From positions 10,230,001 through 10,294,000 of the forward strand of contig JBHGNT010000012.1 of assembly GCA_043228905.1 (NCBI GenBank): a stretch of DNA of 64,000 nt. The letters run 5' to 3'. The notes beneath the pieces were generated by a model. The model was not told the DNA's origin and did no database searches. It saw nothing but the letters and a program-made list of their open reading frames with translations. Source of the stretch: Azolla caroliniana. Taxonomy: Eukaryota; Plantae; Polypodiophyta. A program made the translations under genes and the position numbers. Shown piece by piece: positions 25,201-33,791 of this stretch (its first letter is position 1; each line of letters starts with the position of its first letter).

Positions 25201-26570
25201 TATACATATTGCATTGCCCACTCATATCCAGTTAAGTCAATGTCTAACTGGTCCTCACTTCCTCCAACCGCGGCAGATGTTTTCTGACTAACCTCGTCAG
25301 ATGGCAACCTCACGACTTCGTATTCAAACATGAGTTTCTTTCCCTTTTGTGGATATGTCACAACAGGGATCTTTGTGTTGTCTGAAGGTGAGCTTCGATA
25401 CTTAATCCGAATTCTGCTGAGTGGCCTCTCCTCCTTAGTGTCAACCGACCTGCATAAAATAATACAATAGATGAACCCAAACCTATAATCTCTCAAATTA
25501 TGGGGTGACAAATTATATATAGTATGCAAATTGGAAATGTGGAACACCAAATTAGCAATCAAGTATACTTATGGATTTGAAACCTAGGGATTGGACAGAG
25601 GAAAATGTATATTTAACGTCTCATAGTCCACCAGACACTAAAATCAGTACGATTTTGGTATCCCCAGCAGTACCTAAATATCAACTCTATTGATCCAATT
25701 TGACCGTATTTTGACCTAATTTAGAATTGTTCAACCTATTTTACTACTTATTTTTGGTCTAATATGTGTTATGACCCCCAACTCGATACGGCATATTGAG
25801 TTTAAGCCCTGGGAGCCACAACTCGATACGGCGTATCGAGTTAAGATGCCCAACTCGATACGCCATATCGAGCTTTAGCCCTGGGAGCCACAAAACGTTA
25901 CGCTGTAATGAGTTAAGACCCTCGCGTATCGAGTTTTAGCCCTGGGAGCCACAAGTCGATACGCTGTATCGAGTCGTAACGAGTTGGGAGGCATAACTCG
26001 ATATGGCATATCGAGTTATGTCCCCCAACTCGGTACGACATATCGAGTTGGGGCTCCTAGGAGCCTCAACTCGATACGGCATATCGAGTTATATCACCCA
26101 ACTCGATACGGTGTATCCAGTTATGTCACCCAACTCGATTCGGCATATTGAGTTATGTCACCGAACTTGATACGCCGTATCGAGTTGTAGCTCTAGGAGG
26201 CACAACTCGATACAGCGTATCAAGATATGTCCCCCAACTCGATGCGGCGTATCGAGTTGTAGCCCTAGGAGGCAGAACACGATACGCCGTAACGAGTTAT
26301 ATCCCCCACTTCTATATGGCGTAACGAGTTGTGACACCTAGGGCAACAACTCGATACGGCGTACCGGGTTGGGGGACATAACTCGATACGCCATATCGAG
26401 TTGGGAGTCTTAACTCGATATAACGTATCTAGTTCTAGCCTTAGGAGCCACTAGATATGGCGTAAGGAGTTCTAATACGAAATATAAAGCATGTAGATGG
26501 TCATATGTTCGTACAGTTTAGGGTTTAGATCCTACCTGCTGTCAGAATGGGCAGTCTTTTTGCTCGACAT
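22218..26570 (-). pseudogene. Six-exon gene: unknown N-terminal domain + ParB/Srx-like domain + beta-class amino-DNA methyltransferase (N6_N4_Mtase type)
   Basis: Approximate exons 26570-26536, 25449-23810, 23732-23594, 23508-23042, 22956-22662, 22569-22218 with GT-AG introns; ParB-like YFVIGGSHSVEA; MTase VYCGD...MVADIPY, WIK...E, NPYQKPQRLMMRLVEMF...ILDLFSGIG, RNSVALEKD; in-frame stops at 25041 and 24081 plus apparent small frameshifts. Confidence 0.82.
25780..26471. repeat. Array of ~20 23-bp palindromes AACTCGATACG(G/C)CGTATCGAGTT with 9- or 17-bp linkers
   Basis: Read directly; recurring linkers such as ATGTCCCCC and GTAGCCCTAGGAGGCAC give 32/40-bp periods; lies in predicted intron 1. 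Confidence 0.95.
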
Positions 26571-26686
26571 GATGATCGTGTCGGTTCGGGGATGTGTGAG
26601 GTATGTTGGGAGTTCTCGCATCTGTGCTTTGGCGCTCTAGGGAGTGGTTACGCTCAATTGTGGGGAATGAAAAGGAGAGGTCGGTT

Positions 26687-26697
26687 CTATTTATAGG
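26687..26697 (-). promoter_or_regulatory. TATA box of cargo gene
   Basis: CCTATAAATAG on minus strand ~120 bp upstream of the exon-1 ATG (26570). Confidence 0.55.
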
Positions 26698-27000
26698 AGG
26701 GGAAGGGACCATAGTTAAAAAAGTAACCATGGTTAGAATTAAATGCCAATAGTGCCTTTAGTTATTTATCTTAGAATTGGTATTTATTATTATCATAAAA
26801 TAATGATTAATTTTATACTTTATGTATAATATGATCATTATGATCTAGTAGTTCTGATTTCATAGTTATGTGTATTATGATTTAGTACCTATTATGACCT
26901 AGTACTTATTCTCAATTGGACCGTGAAGTCGAAACAAGGAGTGCGGACGGTAGGCAATCGGTGGGTGCAATATATAAGATGTAGAGTTATAGAGAAAAAA

Positions 27001-27112
27001 GGTTTAGGGTTTGAGTTTTGGTTTAGGTTTAGGTTTAGGGTTAGGGTTAGGGTTTAAGAATTAGGGTTTAGTGTTTGTTTTGGGCTTAGGGTTTAGAGGG
27101 TAAAAGGGTTTA
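27001..27112 (+). repeat. Degenerate interstitial telomere-like repeats (TTTAGGG/TTAGGG/TTTAGG)
   Basis: GGTTTAGGGT...GTTTAGGTTTAGGTTTAGGGTTAGGGTTAGGGTTT. Confidence 0.8.
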
Positions 27113-27398
27113 CGATTAAGTGCAAGAGGGGATAAAGTGAAAAGAAACACCAAGAATAATTTGAGCACAACCAAATCATTTGACAAACTTGGTGTAAGTG
27201 AGGCATAATAAGAGATAGAGGAAGGGGAGGGAGAGAGAGAGAGAGAGAGAGAGAGACGAGGGATTAATCACTAACATTAAAATTAGAAACAAGGTAAAAC
27301 ATAACCATAAGCTAAATAGTCTAGATTAGAAAGAGGGAGAGATTAAGAAGGAGACTAATTTTCATTAAGAAAAAGGAAACAATTACAATACGATGGGT

Positions 27399-27459
27399 AA
27401 TGGTCATGAGCAAACTAGTTTCGCCCCCTGCGGGGCTCATCAGTGCTACCATGACCATT
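27399..27459 (-). ncRNA. Minimal type I hammerhead ribozyme
   Basis: AATGGTCATG-GT-AGCA CTGATGA GCCCC-GCAG-GGGGC GAAA C-TA-G TT TGCT-CATGACCATT: full catalytic core, stems I and II, palindromic minimal stem III, GUU cleavage triplet. Confidence 0.85.
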
Positions 27460-27755
27460 CGGGGTGGATAGGTTTATATAGGGAGTTTTTGGAGTGGCTT
27501 TAGAGAAATGACAATAGGGAGTGGGGTTGTGCTTATGGATGTGATTGAAAGGGGGGGAAAGATTTGGAGAAGAAGGAAGAGGATTTTATGGGCTTTAATG
27601 TGATAAGGGGAAGGCTTTGGTATGAGGTTATATTGTAAAAGGAGGGATAAGAAGAAACAAGGAGAGTTTAGGATATAAAATGTAAAAAGTGAGGAAATAT
27701 AAGGGGCATTAAGAGAGAGGGGGAAACAAGGCTTACGTGAGATGATGAGAAGGGA

Positions 27756-27758
<3 letters not shown>

Positions 27759-27793
<35 letters not shown>
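27759..27793 (+). repeat. (GA)n microsatellite within purine-rich block (another at ~27230-27256)
   Basis: Direct reading. Confidence 0.9.
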
Positions 27794-27800
<7 letters not shown>

Positions 27801-28244
27801 AATGAGTAGACATAAGGGGAGTGAGTAGATCTAGGAGGAGAGAGAGTGGGAAAACGTGAAAAAAATTAAGAGAGAGCAAAAGGGGAGAGAGAGGAGAGAG
27901 ATGTGTGTGTAAACAAGAAAAAGTAAGAGAGAGAAAGGAAAGAGGAGAGAGGTAAGGGAGAGAGACATCTGTGGGAAAATAAAGGTGAAGGCTATAGATT
28001 TAGGAAGAGGATGGGAGGGGTAGGGTAAGAAAAAGTAGAACATGAGTGAGGGTAGAAATATAAAAATAGAAAGGTGGAGAAAGAGTAAAAAGAAAACGAA
28101 GGGACTTACAAAGAGGAGGCTAAGGGTTTAGAAAAGAGGAAGAGGAGGGGTAAGGTAAGCAAAAAAAAGGCGAGAGATCAATGAGGGTAGAAGACTAAAA
28201 AAGGAATATGAAAATGAAAGGGTATATTGTGATAAGAGAAACGT

Positions 28245-28275
<31 letters not shown>

Positions 28276-28339
28276 TAGATAGATTATATTATCGTCTTCG
28301 GAGATCAAATATGACCTATGAAACCAAAAATATTACATT

Positions 28340-31300
28340 TCACGTGATACGTGTGAAAGTGAGTAGTGACTCTCGATGTTCAAGAACTTTACCAATGAAT
28401 GTTGCAATCGAGAGTGCACATTGTGGTTGTGAGAGGAATTCATGCAAAGATTGGGCTCGATCGAAGAGATGTGGAAAGCATGGTCGAATATGATCAAAGG
28501 CAGAGCATTGTATCAAAGTGTGATACTCAGACTCGCGAACTTGTTTAGGGCAAAGTGTGCATAGCCGACCACTCTCATCACTTGTACCCCAACGCCCTGT
28601 TTCACATCGCAATGCATGTGAGCTAAGTCGCATGGAAGCAATGGTTCGAATGGCAGATAACGGTATGGGCTCTAACATGTATGGATGTGTACGATTTCCC
28701 CGTTCCGCAAAGAATATGGTTTTGTAGTTAGGTGCAACATGTGTAGTATAATGTGTGAAGCGTGAGCCTCCACATTTGTCCCATGTCATGATACATTGGC
28801 GTTGCAAAAATGCCTCATTTACAGAGGAATCTAATGATGCATCATGAAGCAAGTGTCTCGCATCCCATCTACCAAACCATTTTTCTATATCTTGCATCCA
28901 ACCGGAACACAAAATTTTGCTTTTATGCGTCTTTTGGATCTTTTTGCTTGCTTCCCACGCAATTCTAGGAAGTCGATGTGAGGGACTTTTTTGAACCTTA
29001 AGCATGTATTCAACAACCCTTTCCATGGCCATGATCTCAATGGGAAGCGATCCCGTCTCAAGGAGGAGGAGGGTGTAGGGCGTTTGTTTCTTAACTTGTA
29101 GAAACTTGGTAAGAAAATGCTTTTGGACATTTTCAAACTCTTTCCACATAGACTTAGGGATGCTACCGCCCCATACTTCCACCCCATAGAGAAGAACTGG
29201 TGTCACCAAAGTGTCAAAAAGATATTTCTTGAGGACCCAACACTTAATATCTCCAAGATTGCATGTGTTCTCAAATGCATAGTATGCTCGTTTGCCCGCC
29301 TCTAAGCGGCGTGTAGCACATTCATTCCATCTATGATTTGAAGGAACTTCAAGGCCAAGATATTTGAAGCTTTCCACACATTCAAGTGGCTCATTGTTGT
29401 ACATAATGCATGGTTTATCTCTTTTTTGGCTCTTCACAAGCATAACCTTTGTTTTAGAGCTATTGACACTTAATTTAGTATGCATGCAAAATTTTTCCAA
29501 TGCCTTCATAAGCTTTTGTGCATCTCCTAAAGTATTTGCAAAAAGCACTACGTCATCTGCATATAGCAAAAGCATAATCACAACATTCCCAATGGCAACT
29601 TCTTCAACACATTCTTCCTTTGCAAACTTGGTAACCATTTCTTCCAATTCATCAATGCATAGACCAAATAGTGTTGGTGAGAGTGGGCATCCTTGCTTAA
29701 CACCAATAGTGCTTTTGAAAAAATCTGAAAGTTTATCTTTCATGCGCACACAACATATAACCTTCTCATAAATTCGGGAAATTGCAAGCATATATTCACT
29801 TGGCACCTCAAGTTCTTCCATTCGCCTCCAAAGATGCTCACGAGGTACCATATCAAAAGCTTTCTTGAAGTCTACAAAGCAACAATATAAACCTTTACCT
29901 CTAAGGCGACTTTCCTCCATTAATACTCGAAGGGTGATAAGGTGATCAATGGTGCTATGGTGTTTCCGAAAGCCAGCTTGTCCATAAGCTCTCTTCCCAC
30001 TTTTTTCAGCCCATACACTTATCTTTGATTCCATTATACATCCAAATAGTTTTGCCATTAATGAGCCAACCATGATGGTTCGATAATTGTTTACATTATT
30101 TATATCTCCACCTTTATGTAAAGGTTTGATCCAATTTGTAGTCCAATCGTACGGCATACCATGTTGCAATGCATCATTAAACATATCGCTTATCCATATA
30201 TGTGCTTCCTTTCCCGTCCATTTGAGCATTTCAGCCTTTATACATTGAAGATCGCTTGCCTTTCGAGAGGCCAATTTCTTAAGTCCTATGCATATATCTT
30301 CAATTGTAAAGAAGGAAGGCATATGTGAAAGAGAACCATAACACATCATCTTTCCGGCAAGAGATAACTCATATAAATTCTTACAATGCATAGACAAGTC
30401 GTGAAGAGTTAAGTCACCATAACTCTCAACACGTTTTCCCTTTAGATTTCCCCAAAATTTAGCACATGCGTGTGCTTTCTCTTGCGTTTGGATAAATTGT
30501 TGAGTAACTTCCCATATTCTTCTCTTTCTTTGAATAAGCCTTTTATACTCATGCAAATGCTTTTGGTAATTCTCTTTATCCTTAACTACATCCAAAACCA
30601 TAAGGCACTTTCGAGCTTCACGACATTCTTTATCAAACCATTTTTTCCTAAGTTTCTTGGTGCATTTCCAAGATGTGCGGTTGGTCGAAAAACATTTGTT
30701 TGTACATGAGAGAATGACTTTCTTGAAAGCTTCCCATTTGCATTCTAGTGTGGCACCATGTTGTATCTTTGTCATTTGTAACATATCCTCAACCATCTTG
30801 GAATACATGGGTGCTCGCTTAAGGTTCATGCTCAAGTGCGGTTGTTTATTATCTTCAATAGCCTTCTCACAATCAAACCTATGCATACATTTGAGATCAA
30901 TACATAAAGGCCTATGATCTGATTCCGGTGTCCATTCACCAAGTGAGAATTTATGTATACGATCCAAAATACCTTCGGAAAGTAGCACATAATCAATCAC
31001 ACTATTTCCGTTGTATTTTCTACATGTAAAACCATTAGTGTTGGGCCATAAGGAAATACCATTTGCAATAAGCAATCTGGTACTATTGCACATTTGTAGG
31101 AGTAGTTTCCCAAATTGGTCCGGATCTTTTTCATCGCTAGAAGAGTGGTTATACATTTGCATATCCTCTTGCATCCTTGAGATATGTGGCATGAAAGATT
31201 CTTGTGAATCAAGTTGGAAACTTCTTGTACGAGCATTCATGTCACCAAAGACAATAACTTCCCCTTTGGATTTGAAATAAGCAATATCATCTTCTAGATT

Positions 31301-31714
31301 GGCAAACGGTTGATCTTTATCCAAACAAGCATAAAAGTTAGAATCTTGATGAGGAATGTAGCATCCAACAACAAAAGTGGGCAAATCATTAGGTGTTTCT
31401 ATTTTGAGCCATATGTAGCATTTATTTTCATCATTTTTTATGATTGACACATATTTCTCTATTTCCTTCTTAATCAAACATGCCACCCCTCCTTGTCCTC
31501 TTCTTTGTCTTGGATTTTTCTTCCATATCAAAGAGTGTACATTATAGTTTCCTAAACCTTGAATCCTTTGAGTATCATGCTCCCATGTTTCAACAAGAAG
31601 TGTGATATCCGAGTCATTGGTGAACTCCTCTATGCCAAATCCCGCATTCCATGGGTATCCATTGCAATTCCAAAAGCATAGTTGTAAAAGGCGTGGGTTA
31701 GTCTCATAGATCAC
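28340..31714 (-). CDS. LINE ORF2: AP endonuclease, reverse transcriptase, C-terminal zinc finger
   Basis: WNCNG, GDMNA, IDY, SDH; GVKQGCPLSP, LYADD, KYLG; RLSSH...ETGRW...CTLC...ESEYH...C. Confidence 0.95.
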   Translation of the reverse strand: MIYETNPRLLQLCFWNCNGYPWNAGFGIEEFTNDSDITLLVETWEHDTQRIQGLGNYNVHSLIWKKNPRQRRGQGGVACLIKKEIEKYVSIIKNDENKCYIWLKIETPNDLPTFVVGCYIPHQDSNFYACLDKDQPFANLEDDIAYFKSKGEVIVFGDMNARTRSFQLDSQESFMPHISRMQEDMQMYNHSSSDEKDPDQFGKLLLQMCNSTRLLIANGISLWPNTNGFTCRKYNGNSVIDYVLLSEGILDRIHKFSLGEWTPESDHRPLCIDLKCMHRFDCEKAIEDNKQPHLSMNLKRAPMYSKMVEDMLQMTKIQHGATLECKWEAFKKVILSCTNKCFSTNRTSWKCTKKLRKKWFDKECREARKCLMVLDVVKDKENYQKHLHEYKRLIQRKRRIWEVTQQFIQTQEKAHACAKFWGNLKGKRVESYGDLTLHDLSMHCKNLYELSLAGKMMCYGSLSHMPSFFTIEDICIGLKKLASRKASDLQCIKAEMLKWTGKEAHIWISDMFNDALQHGMPYDWTTNWIKPLHKGGDINNVNNYRTIMVGSLMAKLFGCIMESKISVWAEKSGKRAYGQAGFRKHHSTIDHLITLRVLMEESRLRGKGLYCCFVDFKKAFDMVPREHLWRRMEELEVPSEYMLAISRIYEKVICCVRMKDKLSDFFKSTIGVKQGCPLSPTLFGLCIDELEEMVTKFAKEECVEEVAIGNVVIMLLLYADDVVLFANTLGDAQKLMKALEKFCMHTKLSVNSSKTKVMLVKSQKRDKPCIMYNNEPLECVESFKYLGLEVPSNHRWNECATRRLEAGKRAYYAFENTCNLGDIKCWVLKKYLFDTLVTPVLLYGVEVWGGSIPKSMWKEFENVQKHFLTKFLQVKKQTPYTLLLLETGSLPIEIMAMERVVEYMLKVQKSPSHRLPRIAWEASKKIQKTHKSKILCSGWMQDIEKWFGRWDARHLLHDASLDSSVNEAFLQRQCIMTWDKCGGSRFTHYTTHVAPNYKTIFFAERGNRTHPYMLEPIPLSAIRTIASMRLSSHALRCETGRWGTSDESGRLCTLCPKQVRESEYHTLIQCSAFDHIRPCFPHLFDRAQSLHEFLSQPQCALSIATFIGKVLEHRESLLTFTRIT

Positions 31715-31720
31715 GTGTCC

Positions 31721-32590
31721 CTATTTGCCTACATTTCCATCTTTAGGCACATCCTTAACCTTGTTTTTCAATCTTTCTTCATATGCTTTACGACGAGCAT
31801 TTTGTTGTGAGATAGTACGATCTTCACTCACAAAGCATTGTGTACCTTTGAGGTATACCCAACTATTTTCGAGTATGATCCGCCGCTTTGTATCATCTGT
31901 CATTGTGCATACAATAGGCCTTTCTCCGGAGCGAGTAACACCATGTTTCCCAACTCGGTGTGCCCCATATACATTCACATCTGACATCCCATAATGCATG
32001 CTAAAAAATTCACCAATGGCCTTTCCAAGGGATGCGGGTGTTTCCATACTCTCTTCTTTAATCCCACGGACGACAATGTTCTTTGATCGTCGTTCGCGTT
32101 CTTTCAATTCTCGGACATCTATGCTTTCTATATTCTTCTCTTGATGCATCACATGCATATTAGATGAGTTTGATAACACATCCCCACCACATACATCGGC
32201 CCATGACTTCGTTGTACATACATTTTTCATCTCACTTACATCCCGCCTCATCGTATCCAATTTTTCTTCTTTTAATGCTTCCTTTAACTCAATCTTGTTA
32301 AGGCGCTCATTTGTTTCAAATGAAGCTCTTTTACATTCTTGAATCTCTTCTTGAAGTTTTGCAACCACTTGTTTAAGACTTTCATTCTCAATGACAACAC
32401 TTTGGAGCTTAGTATTCTCTTTCATTAACATCCTAATCTCTTCACCTTGCTTGTTTATGGTTTCTTGAAGAGAAATCAAGTGACTCATAAGCATTTTGTC
32501 CATTGCATTAGAATCGAGATTTGTTGGTGATCTCGGCTCATTATCAATCATACCCCCAAACTTTGCGGCGGTTTTACGAGTATTTGCCAT
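31721..32590 (-). CDS. LINE ORF1: coiled coil + RRM-like domain
   Basis: Heptad-rich N-terminus, RSKNIVVRGIKEE, AHRVG...RPI, FVSEDRT; ends 6 bp before ORF2. Confidence 0.88.
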   Translation of the reverse strand: MANTRKTAAKFGGMIDNEPRSPTNLDSNAMDKMLMSHLISLQETINKQGEEIRMLMKENTKLQSVVIENESLKQVVAKLQEEIQECKRASFETNERLNKIELKEALKEEKLDTMRRDVSEMKNVCTTKSWADVCGGDVLSNSSNMHVMHQEKNIESIDVRELKERERRSKNIVVRGIKEESMETPASLGKAIGEFFSMHYGMSDVNVYGAHRVGKHGVTRSGERPIVCTMTDDTKRRIILENSWVYLKGTQCFVSEDRTISQQNARRKAYEERLKNKVKDVPKDGNVGK

Positions 32591-33115
32591 TGTAGGGACA
32601 AACCGTACGGGAAAAGAGAGACAAAGAGGGAAGGAGAGAGAATGTACCTTTCACTCGATTTAGGGCTTCAAAATCTACCTTCCGTTTGAGGAACCGTGGG
32701 GCAAAGATGGCTGCGGATGAAAATGCTCATAACTTCTCGCCACGGTAACGGAATTCAGTAAATGAACATTCTTTCAAAGCTCTCTGTAGAGAGAGAGAGA
32801 GAGAGAAAAGATGATAAAAAGTAAGAAAGCTAAAGGAAAAGAGAGAGAGGTAGGAGTTAGAGAAGAGAGAAAGGGTATATCGACTCGCACTATTCACAAA
32901 GCCGTAAGGCAAACCCTAAATAAAGCTACTAAAAAGAAAGGTTAAGGGGAGGGGTAATGTTTAAAATATATAGAAATCGAGGAGAGGGGCAACGGGTGAA
33001 TATAATCTAAAGATTAGGTTTAATAAAAGTGTAGGAGAGAGGTATAAATGAAACTAGGAGGAAATAGGGGTATGAGTGAAATTAGGAGGTAGGGGTATGG
33101 AAAAATTAGTAAAAG

Positions 33116-33478
33116 GGGAGGGGTATCCAATATTTTGAGGAGAGGAAGGGTAGGAAAAATGTCAAAGTAATAAAGGGAGGGGTATAATGAAATTGAGAAA
33201 AGTAGGTGGAGGGGTAGAATGAATTTTAGGAGAAAGGAAGGGGGAGGGGTATCCAATATTTTGAGGAGAGGAAGGGTAGGAATTAAAAATGTCAAAGTAA
33301 TAGAGGGAGGGGTATAATGAAATTGAGAAAAGTAGATGGAGGGGTAGAATAAATTTAGGAGAAAAGAAGGGGAGGGGTATCCAATATTTTGAGGAGAGGA
33401 AGGGTAGGAATTAAAAATGTCAAAATAATAGAGGGAGGGGTATAATGAAATTGAGAAAAGTATATGGAGGGGTAGAGT
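33116..33478 (+). repeat. ~127-bp purine-rich tandem repeat, about 3 copies
   Basis: GGGTATCCAATATTTTGAGGAGAGGAAGGGTAGG recurs at ~33121, 33247 and 33375. Confidence 0.9.
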
Positions 33479-33791
33479 GTGATTTCGAATGAAAGGGGGA
33501 AGGGTAGAGTCAGTCCTATGATTTAGTATACTTATCTACATTTATGGTAGTCGAATGATTTTGATTTTGAGAACATTCACTAATTGGGTGAGGATAGTGG
33601 TATTATGCAATTATGTGACGTGTACACGTGATTAATTTTTATTTATAACTAATAGAAATATAGAAAAAATTATATAAATAAAATATACAAAATACATATA
33701 TACTTCCTTAGAATTCTATTTGTAGTTTAAGTATGTCTTACAATTTGTATGCTTAGGGAGTGAAATATAAAGGATATTAGAACCTCAAACA

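Larger units (their letters stand above)
28264..32785 (-). mobile_element. Full-length non-LTR retrotransposon (APE-type LINE, RTEX/L2-CR1-like; clade uncertain)
   Basis: Two intact ORFs, (ATCT)n/(CT)n 3' tail, flanking direct repeat GTAGAGAGAGAGAGAGAGAGA at 28243-28263 and 32786-32806. Confidence 0.9.

Noticed and set aside
25450-25562. N-terminus of ORF 25041-25562 as coding
   Set aside because: Reads through an AT-rich intron end with a good acceptor at 25450; the upstream exon at 26570-26536 fits in phase
25780-26471. CRISPR array
   Set aside because: Linkers are only 9-17 bp and recur rather than being unique; no cas genes; eukaryotic intronic context
27001-27112. True telomere or chromosome end
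   Set aside because: Short, degenerate and internal to a TIR-bounded element
27831-28043. Hydrophobic ORFs here and at 33020-33295
   Set aside because: Artefacts of CT-rich low-complexity strand
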